64,000 nucleotides of DNA from Mobula hypostoma (lineage: Eukaryota): positions 154,816,001 to 154,880,000 of the forward strand of contig NC_086097.1 in assembly GCF_963921235.1 (NCBI RefSeq). Direction: 5' to 3'. The notes below the pieces were generated by a model. That model saw only the letters and a list, made by a program, of their open reading frames with translations, was not told the origin of the DNA and did not search any database. Below are positions 39,130 through 52,301 of this stretch, piece by piece (position 1 is the stretch's first letter; every line of letters begins with the position of its first letter). The position numbers and the translations under genes are program-made.

Positions 39130-40330
39130 GAGGTGAATCAAAGAAGAGCTGAGGGGAGGTAATTGGGACTGGCTGAGCCAAGCTGGATTTATGAAAGGGA
39201 AATCTTGTTTAACAAACCTGTTAGAGTTTGTAACCAGCAGAATCAATATGAAAGGATCAATTGATGTGGTACACTTGTGTTTACAGAAGGTTTTCAGTAA
39301 GGTGAACTGAAGAATTAAATATACATATATTGAAAGCTAAAGAGAGCATGTTATTTATGGTATGGATTGAGGGTTGATTAAAGGACAGAAAATAATCAGT
39401 AGAAATAAAATAAAAGTCCCATCTAGCTTGCCAGCACAAACTAACAGCGACTGATTTTGGAAGCCTATTTATTCATGTCTTATTTATGTTAATGATACGT
39501 CTGCGAAGATCAAGAATGCTTATGACACAGAGCTAAGTGGCAGTGTTCACCATGAGGGCAACACAGAGAGCTTCAAGGGGATATAAACAGGTTACGTGAA
39601 TGAGCAAAGACATGGCAGATGGAGGAAAAAGTGAAAAAAATATATTAAGTTACTCAATCTGCTAGAAAAACTAGAAACTTGGAGTATTTTTCATATGGTG
39701 GTGATTAAAAGGTGTTGGAGCTCAGAAGAACCTTGTACATGAATCACTAAAAGCCAATGTGTAGGTATAGGAAGCAATTTAAAAGGCAAACAGTCAAATG
39801 GATTTTATTGCTAAAGGAATTGAGCAGAATAGCAGAGACATTCCAGTTATGAAAGGCCATGGTGAGACCACATACACAGGTGTGATTTCGGGAATGGTGC
39901 ATTTGTTGTACAAGTAGAGATTAAGCAGACGGGGCCCATGCTGTCTGGAGGTTAAACAAATGATACCTGATCTCATTGAAATATATAAAAACTGTTTAGA
40001 GTTTAAGAAAAAAGTAGATCAGGGGATGATGTTTCCACTTATTGGCGTGTCTTAGATGAGGGCTCATGGTTTCAAAATAAGATGTTGACCATTAAGGGCA
40101 AAGAAGAGAAGAAATTTCATCACTCAGGGGGTGTGAATCTTAAGAATTCTGCATGCAGGGCTGTGGACTCTCAGTCACTGAGCACATCTAAAGATTTATT
40201 GAAAGATTTTTACATATTAACAGAATCAATGCAGGATTAGTACAGGAAGTGGCACTACAATTAAAGATCCCCTATAATCTTATTGAAACTGAAACAGGCA
40301 TAAGGAATCAATTACTTTTCCTGCTATAAT
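39130..40330 (+). mobile_element. Highly degenerate CR1 LINE RT/3' fragment
   Basis: GFMKGKSCLTNLLEF remnant near 39185 and colinear downstream motifs. Confidence 0.72.
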
Positions 40331-41237
40331 TTCTTAATTTTTTAAGTCCTGGTCCAAGTGATGGGCAGCAACTCTGAGGTTTAGAGGTGGACAGGTCTGA
40401 AGATAAAATTACAGTTTAGGGTACAGGTAACTGAAAAGTGACCAATGAAGGCATGGAAAAAAAAAACTTTGGAAAAAATAAGGTAGAGGGAGATAGTCCA
40501 AAGAACATGCAATAAAAGTAATAAGTGGTAATGAAAAACTTCCTGTGTTATTTCAATTCTGCAAGTGCATATATTAAGGTGCATGATTATAGAGGGATCT
40601 AACTATGAGAATGAAAATCTTAAAATCAATATATTAGTGGACAGGGAGCAAATAGTACAATTAACAATCTGATAATGAGCAAACTGTTTTTGGTGACAGT
40701 TAAGATGCAGGTGACAAAGAGTACTCATTTCATCAGATCAAATGTCTCTAGCCCATTTAATCATAGGGAACCCATAGCCAAATTCAGTCTTGTACTAACT
40801 GTCACATAAATACTGTATGAAATGGAGAAAGGGTTGCCTGATTAGATAATAACTGATGGTGGGAACATTGTTTCAGCTTCCCCAGTCCAACTGCATTGAG
40901 TTTGTCTGAATATAACTGTTCAGTGCAAAGTAGAAATTGAACAATGAGTTTGCATTAGAAAAAACGTTGAGCTCTTTATCTCTTTTGATTCAACAAGTAG
41001 CTTGGAAAATACTGACAACCATTTACAGTGAACAGAAAGTGGCAACTGCTAAAGTTAAGTAACACCTTTCTTTTTAAAAGTCAGTCTATCTAAAAACTCA
41101 GCTGCCATTAGCCAGGTCAAAACAAAATTTGACATTCTGCAAACACGAGGAAATCTGCAGATGCTGGAATTTCAAGCAACACATATAAAAATTGCTGGTG
41201 AATGCAGTAGGCCAGGCAGCATCTATAGGAAGAGGTA

Positions 41238-41280
41238 CAGTTAACGTTTCGGGCTGAGACTCTTCGTCAGGACTAACTGA
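41238..41280 (-). ncRNA. Hammerhead ribozyme motif (partly decayed)
   Basis: aguc CUGACGA agagucucagccc GAAA cg UU aacug. Confidence 0.55.
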
Positions 41281-42194
41281 AAGAAGGGATAGTAAAACAT
41301 TTGAAAGTGGGGGGGGAGGGGGAGATCCAAAATGATAGGAGAAGACAGGAGGGGGAGGGATGAAGCTAAGAGCTGGACAGGTGATTGGCAAAAGGGATAT
41401 GAGAGGATCATGGGACGAGAGGCCTAGGGAGAAAAAAAGGGGGAGAGGGGAATCCCCCCCCCGCTGCTTTCCGCAGGGATCACTCCCTACGCAACTCCTT
41501 TGTCCATTCGTCCCTCCCATCCCTTCCCACTGATCTCCTTCCCAGCACTTATCCTTGTAAGCGGAACAAGTGTTACACATGCCCTTACACTTTTTCCCTC
41601 ACCACCATTCAGGGCCCCAGACAGTCCTTCCAGGTGAGGCAGCTGGGGTGATATACTGCACCTGTGAGTCGGCTGGGGTGATATACTGCGTCCGGTGCTC
41701 CCGATGCGGCCTTCTATATATTGGCGAGACCTGACGCAGGCTGGGAGACCGTTTCACTGAACACCTACACTCTGTTCGCCAGAGAAAGCAGGATCTCCCA
41801 GTGGCCACACATTTTAATTCCATATCCCATTCCCATTCTGATATGTCTATCCACGAGCTCCTCAACTGTCAAGTTGGAGGAACAACACCTTATATTCTGC
41901 CTGGGTAGCCTCCATCCTGATGGCATGAACATTGGCTTCTCTAACTTCCATTAATGCCTCACCTCCCCTTCGTACCCCATCCCTTTTTTTATTTATTTAT
42001 TATTATATTTTATTCTCTCTCTTTTTCTCCCTCTGTCCCTCTCACTGTACTCCTTGCCCATCCTCTGGGATTCCCTCTCCCCCTTTCTTTCTCCCTAGAC
42101 CTCCCGTCCCATGATCCTCTCATATCCCTTTTGCCAATCAACTTTCCAGCTCTTAGCTTTCCTCACACTTTCAAATCTCTTACTATCTCTTCTT

Positions 42195-42237
42195 TCAGTT
42201 AGTCCTGACGAAAGGTCTCAGCCCAAAACTTCGACTG
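42195..42237 (+). ncRNA. Hammerhead ribozyme motif (core mutated)
   Basis: aguc CUGACGA aaggucucagccc AAAA cu UC gacug; GAAA->AAAA. Confidence 0.4.
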
Positions 42238-43859
42238 TACATCTTCCTATTGATACTGCCTGGCCTGCTGCATTCACCAGCAATTTTTGTATTTTTGACA
42301 TTCTGATTGATTTGATCTATTTATTTTGAATCGTTCTCAAATATCAAGCACAGGTGCAACAATGCTGACTTACTTTGTTTTAAGAAATTGCCTATTATTT
42401 GATTAATGAACCTGTGATCATAGCTAATCAGTTCCATTTGCTCTGTTCTGTGAAAATCAACAACTTTAAAATATTATCAATAGTTTCAGGTAAAAAACTA
42501 GCAAAGTCTTTAATTTTCTGAGACCTGAGTATCGCCAGTATTGTTGGCATTTCTTTACTTATTTATATAAGTGATGGACAGCCAGCTATTAATATTATGC
42601 AGTGCTAGCAAGCTTTCAATAGCTTGTGATTTGATCCTTAACTAGAAATACCAATTTAAGATGACTTAAATTATTTATCCTTCCACCCAAAAAGTTCTCT
42701 GCCTTGCAATTGGAACATGAATATCACATATGATATTTTTTGAATTGTGCCTTTGCTTATAGAAACTGTCTATAAGTAAGGCCACAGTGAAAATATTGTT
42801 ACAATATAGTAGGTAAGGTTTTAAACTCCTGTATTATTATGATTACTCTTAGTATCCTGGATGAGAACTAAGTTAAAAAATTGCCCAAGAACAGCAAAAC
42901 TAATGAAACAGGAACAGGACTAGGCTATGTGACACCTGAACCTGTTCTATCAGTCACAAAGTTCATGGCTTTTTTTGTGTCTAAACTGTTTCCTTGTCTT
43001 TAACCATAAACTTCAACTCCCAAAGGCCAAAAATGTCTATTTCTGCCTTTGATGTGTTTGATAACTATGCTTCCAAACCTCCTTGGGGGAAGAGGTTTTC
43101 AAACATCCTTGGTCCTTGGGAAATATCATCTGTGTCCCAACTGAGTAGAGTTGGAGAATGAAGGATTGGCCAGGACAATGAGAAATTTCTTCAGAGGATG
43201 GGGAATTTTATAGGCCAAACAATCATGGCAGCTGAGTCATGATGTTCAAATTCAAAACAGGGATCATGTAGATTTTTGGGCACTAAGGATAACGGGATAT
43301 AGGAGTAGTGCTGGAAAACGGCACTAAGGTAAAAGAACAGCAGTGACTTTGATGCTTGGCAAAGGAGACTCAAAGGACTGGGTTTCCTATTCTCGCTGTA
43401 ATTCTTATATTCTTACATTATACATTTTTAGGCAGGTGGTGCTCGTCAGCCTTGGACAGCAACCCGCCTAGGAGAAGGAAAACTCTGATTTGAAACCTCT
43501 GCTGCCTTGAGGCCATAGCCACCCATGGGAAAAGCTTTGGGAGTAAATCCTGAGGAAGAAATCCAGAGCGGGTTCCCTAAGGCAGCTTGATGTTGTTTTC
43601 ACTTCACTCTGGTAACCTCTGTGACGACATTGGTGCCAAGCTGTATTGGCGCTTGCCCTTCCCTTGGACTACATCAGTGACCTGGAGAGGGGGAACTCGC
43701 AGCATAGGCAACAGCCAATTCTTCAAATCTTCCCACCCAGGCTTGTACCTTGGAGAGGACACAGCTCACCAGAGGCGCAAGTCCATGATCCCCTAGGATC
43801 GACGGCTGCCTACTACTATGTTATACATTACTGCTTACAACTGTAGTAGTGCCACTTGA

Positions 43860-44640
43860 GTTAAACATTAGGGTGCAACCCTCACTCAAGTGGTGAAGAA
43901 AGTCAAGACATACAAAATGATACAGTTTGCAGAGTTAAACGAGGGTAGGACATTCACAGTGAATGACAGTACCCTACAGAGACCTTGGGGCACAAGCACA
44001 TAGTTCTGAAAATGGGAGCACAGGTAGACAGAGAGGTGAGGAAGGTGTGCGGCATTGTTGTCTTCATTGTCAAAGCCACCGAGTATAAAAGATGGGATAT
44101 TATGTTGCAGTTGTATGAAACTGGTTCGGCTGCACCTCAAGTATTGTGTATAGTTTATTACATTACATTGTCACCACATTACAGGAAAGATGCAATTAAG
44201 TTAGAGAATGCAGAACAGATTCACAAGGATATTGCCTGAACTGGAATTCTTGAGTTATCAGGAGAGAGAGAGCTAGGTCTGTCTTCCTGGAATGAAGGCG
44301 GTTGTGAGTTAACATGATAAAGGTTTATAAAATTATGAAAAATTAGGATAGATAGTCCTTATACTGTGATGAGGTACAAGCTTAAGGTGAGAGGGAGGAG
44401 GTTTAAAGAAGATCTGAGGCATAAATTTTTCACACCTGAAGATGGCATCTAGAATGAACTGCCAGGTGAAGAAACAGTAACAACATTTAAGCAGCACCTT
44501 GACTGCTACTTGAATGTACAGGGCATAAAGGGATATGAAATTAATGCAAGCAAGCGGGATCTATGTAGATAGGTATGATGGGCTGATGTGGGGACAGTGG
44601 ACTGAAGGACCTGCTTCTATATTGTATTCACTCTATATTC
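43860..44640 (+). mobile_element. CR1 LINE 3' fragment
   Basis: EYK.WDIMLQLY..L...SPHYRKDAIKLE motif. Confidence 0.78.
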
Positions 44641-45214
44641 TGAGAGATGAAACAAAGGGAAAATAAGAAGTGCTTCAAGGAGTATTGGTTAGATAATACC
44701 AACCAATTATTTGAATTAATTGTTAGTGATAATGTTATTGAATTAGTGATCCAGCAACAAGGATTATAAAATATGTTGTAATCCCAAAAATGCAGGTTGA
44801 GTATTTAGTTCAGTGCATGATAAATTTAGGTAAACAAAAAGAAACTAGTATTACCTAAGGTGACTTTGAGACTGCCAAATGGCAAAATAAACTGGTAAAG
44901 AAAGCTTCTGCCTGATTAGGTCTGACCTAACTGATTGCCTTTTCTTCCTGTGACCTGAAATGGCCAAGTAAGCCACTTATTTACAACACCAGAACAAACT
45001 TTCAGATGTTCCTCACATTCCAAGAACAAACCAGAAAGTTAAAATTATTGTCAGTGAAACAGCTGTGCCTTTCCACAACCTGTCCATCCATATACACTAG
45101 AATAACTATAATTTATAATTAAAAAGAAAATACACTCCTGGTTTAAAAGGAGATATCTCTTATTCCCAATTCCTATTAGTGCTTGGGACAGCTAACAACA
45201 CTCTTGTGAACTGA

Positions 45215-45675
45215 ATCAGAATCAGAAACAAGTTTATTATCACCTGCATGTGTCATGAAATTTGTTAACTTAGCAGCAGCAGCTTAATGCAATACATAAT
45301 AATACAGAAATAAATAATAGTAGGTATATATATTGAATAGATTAAAATAGTGCAAAAACAGAAATAATATATAATTTTTTAAAAGTGAGTTGGTGTTCAT
45401 GGGTTCAATGTCCATTTAGCAATTGTATGGCAGAGGGGAAGAAGCTGACCCTGAATCGCTGAGTGTGTGCCTTCAGCTTCTGTATCTCCTTCCTGATGGT
45501 AGCAATGAGAAGAGGGCATGCCCTGGGTGATGGGGGTCCTTAATAAAGGACATCACCTTTCTGAAGCAGCATTCCTGAAGGTATCTTGGCTACTATGGAG
45601 ACTACTACCCAAGATGGAAGTGACTAAATTTACAACTTTCTGTGGCTTCTTTCGGTCCTGTGCAGTAGCCCCTGT
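45215..45675 (-). mobile_element. Rex1/Babar-like LINE 3' fragment
   Basis: Reverse complement resembles 31845-32320; (AATCAG)n tail at ~45215. Confidence 0.78.
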
Positions 45676-47436
45676 GCCCTAAGTGGCTGTGATACACATA
45701 TTTCTTTCTGTTTGCAATCCAGATTGGAGTCTCTCTGAATCCGAGCCCATCAGCGTCTGGGGAGGGGGAGTGAGAAAGATTACAACTTTCTAAAATGGTT
45801 TGTTGCCAGAAGGAGCAATGCTGAGGTCAAAGATACAGCAAGGGCATAGTGCAGGTCCACATGAAGACAAAACACTGGAGGTCTGCTAACAAGTTTAAAG
45901 TATCCTGGAATCGCATAATGTGCTTTGTAAATCTAACTTGTCTTTTATTTTCTAAATAATTTGGTAAACTGCATCTGAACTTGTTTTTCCAGGATCAACA
46001 CCATACTTTCATGGCTGTTCTAAAACTAAGAGAGGGAGAACTCAACTGAATGGTGGAGAGGTGTCTTCTAACTAAGTATGTGAGGCATGGGCTGGGTCGA
46101 GAACAATCCAGTTCATTGTATGAGTTTAGATCATAATCTGAACCCATTCACTTGAATCTGAATACCATCCAGCCGAGAGATCCAGCACATGATTTGATCT
46201 GAGACGGATAGACTGTGGGACTCTAGGGGTTGCTTTCATTGGAAAGAAATGTTAACTTGCTTTTTTTAAATAATTAAATTAAATCAGAGCTGGTCTTTTC
46301 TTCCAGGTGGATGTGTAAATTCCTATTTTGCTGTTCCAAGAGCAGCAGGAGAGATTCCCTGCTATTCTGATATTTCCTAGATCGAAACAGATTATCCAGT
46401 CATTGCTGTTTTTAGTTCGTCACTGTATACAACTGGTTGATAATTCAGAATTATATTCCACAATTTATTAATGAAATTCTTTAGGATACTCCAAGTACAG
46501 TACATGAATAATTCAGTATAAATGTATATATAAATGCAATGAACTTTGCTGGGTTACATTGACAGATCAATGGTTTTGTTAGCATCTGCTCTCAAGTTCA
46601 GGGTATTGGTGCACGTGTCTATGAACTAAGAAATCCTGAATTTACTAACAGATTTCAGCTGGTTAATCTGTCAGTCTGCTCTGCTACTGGATTCCACAAG
46701 AAGTCTAATAGAAGGAACACAAATATGCTAAGATTCCATAGCACAATTTTGAGCAATATTGTTTGTACCTCTAGGCAAATTAGATTATTATTAATAGCCA
46801 AAATGACTGGCATCAATGTGGAACGACAAGGGTTGTGCACTGCACAACTCTCGTGTTACATGTTTCAGTTTTTTACTTTCTTAAAGCTAACAAAATGAAA
46901 GTTTTATTTCATATTTAGCAGGGACCATTTAGAATAACTGAAAAAGCATGAGACCCTTGACAGGCTAATATATGCAGGTGTGGCTTTGCATCAGTGCAGA
47001 GTTTTTGCTGTCTAATGGATGCTCATCTGGGCCACACACCTACAAGGCCCTGGTACTTGGACAATGTTATCAGCTGGCACATCTAGTGTATCAGAACAAG
47101 TAAGAATGAGAAAATTAAATTTCCATTCGTGACTACAGGCAATGAGTCCTACTCAGCAAAATCTATGTTTTTAATTCGCCCTCAGGAATTCTGGATTATT
47201 TGGGGAATGATGTCATGCTCAGGTGGGAATACATCATGTCACTGCAAGCATATTCTGGCGTAACGAACACCTGCATCAACAGTCACGTCTGAGGAAGTAG
47301 CTCAGTCCTCTAACCCTATTGAAATACTAAATGTAGCTGCAGGTCACCAGGGTAAAGTCTAGTACAGCAAATTCTGTTTAATAATAAAGGGGTAGCAGAG
47401 GTTTTGTACTTTGACGATGAATAATAAGCAACTTAC

Positions 47437-47490
47437 CACTTCTCCAGGAAGACCGATTTTTCCAGGAAATCCATCAAGACCATGATCACC
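47437..47490 (-). CDS. COL22A1: Collagen exon, 54 bp: GDHGLDGFPGKIGLPGEV
   Basis: ttag|GGT...GTG|gtaagt; GLDGFPGK as in COL22A1. Confidence 0.94.
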
Positions 47491-48466
47491 CTAAGGCATG
47501 GAAAACAGTATTAAATTTAATTTATGCACAGCAACTTATAAGGATAAAAAGCAAATCACTGTCAGGTTTTATATTACAGAAAATATTTTAATCCCTCTTA
47601 ATTTGGACTTGTTCAGGCATTGAATTCTATTTAGATCTTCTTATTATAAGCACAGTAATGGTTGTGAATGCAAATGACAGCCAAAACTTGTCTTTTCGTT
47701 CACCTTCTGAGCCATATACTGAGTTATTTGTGAACTGGCTACTTCAGACCTTTCCACTGATCTTCATTTACTGAACTTCGGTCTTTTCCTCATTATTGTT
47801 CTTCAGTCCATTAATATCTACATCCTAAAATTGTCAAAACACTTTCAGATCTTGAAGATCCCAATACAACTTCCTTCTTACATGGGAGGATTATTACAAT
47901 GAGAGTCATTCTACCTCTATCCATGCTTCTATCCTTGGAAGAACTATACCTTTGATTTCCAGATATCATAGTCATAATTTAAAGTATGGTTAAAAATAAA
48001 GAAGACACTGCCTTAGACCACATTAGCTTGTAAAATAGCAACCAGTCTTGGTGCAGGAGGAACAGTCTCATTACTTGACTTGATCTGACTTTAATTTCAC
48101 TTTGATGGGGCCAGCAATTTATGGGTCAGCTGGAGAAAAGTGACCGTGAAAACTGCTGTTTTTTTTCATCTTAATGTACAGTTGTGCATTCTTATTCTTC
48201 CAAATTCTGACAAAAAGTCAATGCCCTGAAATGTTAATGCTTGTTGTTTTATCTACAGATGCTGCCTAAAATAATACATATCCAAGAACTTTCTGTGTCC
48301 CTATCAGTTTACAAACATCTGCAGTATCCTTTGTTTGTTTTTCAGTTAGGTAATGATGGGAATTGTGATTAGGTTTGAATTCTAGATTTTGCCATAATAT
48401 TCTATAATTTAGGGGGTTAATATAAAAGTTACTTAGAAATGGTTTGCACATGAAAACTCCTTGTAC

Positions 48467-48511
48467 CTTCTCTCCACGGGATCCTTTCTGGCCCAGATCA
48501 CCCTTTATACC
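48467..48511 (-). CDS. COL22A1: Collagen exon, 45 bp: GIKGDLGQKGSRGEK
   Basis: ctag|GGT...AAG|gtacaa; five triplets. Confidence 0.92.
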
Positions 48512-49044
48512 CTAGGAATAGAAATAACTATGAACAATAACACTAATTTTTTAAAAAAACTACAAGCAATTAAACAACTAAAGCCACTTCTATTGGTTGA
48601 TATGCAACATGCAAAAAGCAATTAAATAGCAATAACTTTATGATCCATTTACACCAGCCTATTTCTCATAAGATAAAATCTCCAATACATTGCTAACGTT
48701 GCTTTCAAAAAATCATACATGATTTGATACATAATGTTTCCCAATCAGGTTAATAATCTACATAAATATGACTGGAGAGAATAAGCTTATGGCCAGTCAA
48801 AAAAAATGGAAAATAAAATCTTAAATCTCTGTTGCTCAGAGTCCAAGAACGTTAAGCAACAGGATCAGAAAAAGGGAAGATAAGTTTATAATGGACTGCT
48901 CTGGTTTTATTAATGTTCAATTCTTAGATGTTGTAACTCATATACTGGCAAGTAGATTGATAAAATAGGAGAGAGAAGAGGTATTGATGGAACTGATCTA
49001 GAGAGGGAGCTGGTCTGATAGTTTTTTTATATGGATCCATTCTG

Positions 49045-49216
49045 AACAACACACACAAAGTGCTGGAGGGACACTGCAGGTCGGGCATCTATGGAGGGGG
49101 ATAACAGTCAATGTTTATTCCCCTCCATAGATGCTCCCTGACTTGCTGAGTGCCTCCAACATTGTGTGTGTGTTTTGCTCAAGATTTTCAGCATCTGCAG
49201 AATCTTTTGTGTCTCT
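49045..49216. repeat. Short PLE-derived foldback element
   Basis: GCATCTATGGAGGGG...CCCCTCCATAGATGC inverted arms around a short loop. Confidence 0.75.
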
Positions 49217-52200
49217 GGTCCTTCTTTCTATTTGTTGTAGTGGAAAGATTTTGGAATAAAAAGGATATTCATGATTCATTTATTATTGAAGAATGTATAA
49301 ATTATACAACCTTGAGATTTTCTTGCTCACAGGTAGCCACAAAGGAAGAAACCCAGAAGAGCCCAATTAAAGAAAAATAGAATAAAAATAAAGATAAAAG
49401 ACCAACATTCGATGCACGAGAAAGTGAAAAAAATTAAGCAAACAATTGAAGCAAACAACAGCAACAGCATTCCAAACCAGCATTAAGTTCTCAAATCCGA
49501 ACGTCAGACAGCACAAAGTAGGCCCAAAGCCTCGCTTATCAGTTCATCGTATTAGTGAGCATGGAGGATAGCAGCCGGGGCAGTCTTCATAGCCCCAGCA
49601 CCGTGGAGATGATCAGCGCAGAGAACGAACCAAATCAGCTCTCATCCAAACCAACACCCTGTCTTTTCAGTCTAATTGGGCTGGTGTTTGAATCTCCCCA
49701 ACAGCAGAACAGTGAAACGCTCCAGCGCCTGGGAGAGAGGAGTGAAGATCATGGAGAATGAGTAGTAATGGGCTCTTGTCTCCAATCTGGGCCACTGTTT
49801 AAGTTGTCTAAATAGCACATTGTACCTCGCACTAGGAGCCAGGCACCGCTGCTGCAAAAGGCCCCAGGCCAAGGCCACACTGTCCAGTGACTCACTCCAG
49901 GCCCAGGTTTTGTCAGCCAGTGATTTGCTCAGGGCCCAGATTTCACCGCCCAGCGACTCGCTCAGGGCTTATGTAAAATGCTAAGCCCTGAGCCCCAGTG
50001 ACTCACTCCTGGCCAGGGTTCCGTTGCCTAGCCTAAAGCCGTTCTCAAGCTCTTCAGGTCAACTCAATGCCAAGAGTGATCCAAGCTCTCACCCGGGCCA
50101 GCTGTATGGGCATTGGAACTCCATCTGCAACACACTACAATGATCACCTGCTCCTTCACTGTTTGCAGCAATAATCTAACACAATTTACCACAGAAAATG
50201 TATTTTTTACTGATGTTTTTAGTCAGATTTCTTATCTTTTTGACTACCAGAAACTGTCACACAGATTTGGTAGAACCATCTAAACTGGTAGCACAGGACG
50301 GACAAGATAAACTATTTATGTAGTTTCATTGATTGTTTTAATCGGACAGCTGTGAAACCATGCAAGGGCATTTTATCCCAGCTGGGTAATATTCAGAAAT
50401 AAAAAGCAGACCTTGTTTGTCTCACTTAGACATTCTATTATACGTCTTCATTGTGGAGACCCTAACTTCCTAGAAAATATTGAATGAAGTTCTGAAAATT
50501 GGACCCAGTGCCATAGGTGGTCTGTGAGTGAGCTATCAGCAGCCATCTTAGAGGTCCAATATGTAAGTATTGCATTTTCAGGATCATTTAGTGGGATCAG
50601 CAGAGTTCCGAATCTTCTGGCTTTGGTCAGGAAATTCCAAAGCTTCTGTTGTAAGTCTGGGACATATTATTTCCTTGGATATTTTTACTTTCTCCTGTTC
50701 TGGGGACACATTGATGTCACAATAGAGTCATTAATCTGAAAATGTAGGCTGATTGCATTCATTTTGGCAGAGAGCACCCCAGGGTGCATCCAGACAGAAG
50801 ATGGTGAGAATGATTACTCCCGATGCCTCTATAATTATAGCATCACTGTAGCCAGCCACACCAGTCCGTCAGGATCATGGTGATGTTCATCATGCTTGGT
50901 AGGTCTTCAGGTGACTGAGAAGTTTCATTCTGGGTGCATATTTTCAGCATTGGGTGTTAGTCATTGCTTAGTGGAGTGGGATTTACTACATTAGGCTGCT
51001 CCCTTCTTCCACCATTCCAGTTCAATATCTATTATTTGGATCTTGGTTGTTGATGTTTCCATGCTTGAAGCTGACCTCAAATGTGCCTTTGGTCTAGTTT
51101 CAGCATTGGTAAATAGAGAGCTGGGAGAAGAGAACTAGGCGGGAGAGACTACTGAGGAACCTCAATACGGTAACCTATCCACTGGAGCTTGTTCCTTATG
51201 AGCAAGGCTTCAGTTCTGGTAGATAATCTTTTGTTTTACCTCTGAAGTGACTTAGAATGAAAATATTCTTATCTAGTCATCACCAGACGTTGACTCTGGT
51301 GGTATATTGTCTTGAATGAAGTGGATAACAAGACAGGAGGTGACTCTAGTCTGGCTTCAGAGGTGTCAGTTTCTTCCTCTCAGAGCAGTGGTCACTATAT
51401 CGACCTGCAGAATTCACAGTGTGGTGGCAGGCATCTATGGCTGATCAAGCCATGGGAAATGATGACATATATACATCTTCGTTATTTAAGGCCGGGTTCA
51501 GTGTCATGATGAGCCACGCTGACTGTGCAATTTTCCTCATTGCAGCCTTCTTCTGCCTTTGATTAACCCTTCCCTCCACCTTACATGATGTGAAGCCTAA
51601 CTATGTAAATTTCTGACAGCGTTGCTTCAGGGAGTCGATGAAGGACAGACCTCCTGACCACAGCAAGGTGCAAGGACACTTGCTGTAAGTTACAACTTTC
51701 TGCTCAAATTACAGGATATCTAGTCATCATTGAATACTTAATAACATTAAATATGCAAATACTTCCATATAAACTGAAACAAATATTTGTTACAAGTCAT
51801 TGGAAAATCAGATCAAACACACAGTATAAATAGCTGGGTCTTACAGAATATGAAGACTTCAAAGCCCAAATAAATGTGGGTTTGATCTCTCTGCCTCCAG
51901 TTATGTTACATAAACATTTGGGACAGATATAAGAAAATGTAGAAAAGTATCCTGGTTCTGAAGGTCAAATAAAATGTATAAAATAAAGAACTGAACCCTA
52001 GAGTATTACTGTGCAGAAATTAGTTGTCCAATGTCGGTTCTAGATTTGGGTGCCTTTCATGATGTTGCATGGAATCCATATCAGCAAAGACTTGATCATT
52101 GATGAAAAGATGGAGAGAAGAAAACAGGGGTGAGAAAGATTAAAAATATTCAACTCATCGTCAAATTTAATACAGAAAGTTCACCCAATCTTTATACGTA

Positions 52201-52247
52201 CAGTGAGGGAGAGCAACAAAAACAGTAAATCCAATGTGTCAACTTAC

Positions 52248-52301
52248 AGGTGGTCCAGTTGCACCTCGGAAACCCTGTTCTCCAGGAAAACCCTGGTCTC
52301 C
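52248..52301 (-). CDS. COL22A1: Collagen exon, 54 bp: GDQGFPGEQGFRGATGPP
   Basis: tag|GGA...CCT|gtaagt; six Gly-X-Y triplets. Confidence 0.93.

Larger units (their letters stand above)
41140..42293 (+). mobile_element. Penelope-like insertion with inverted pseudo-LTR
   Basis: Inverted pLTR 41140-~41450, GIY-YIG remnant ~41455-41955, direct pLTR to 42293; TSD TTTGACATTCTG at 41128-41139 and 42294-42305. Confidence 0.9.
8735..52301 (-). other. COL22A1: Gene span (partial): FACIT-type collagen, collagen alpha-1(XXII)-like; 19 exons seen, gene presumably extends beyond both window ends
   Basis: 19 in-frame phase-0 exons with AG acceptors and GT (one GC) donors join into 309 aa of Gly-X-Y. Motifs GLDGFPGK, GSVV+interruption, GLPGEIGFPGKPG and GLPGT+interruption occur in the same order as in human COL22A1 (recalled). 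Collagen call is firm; the symbol is less so (could be a paralog). Confidence 0.7.
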
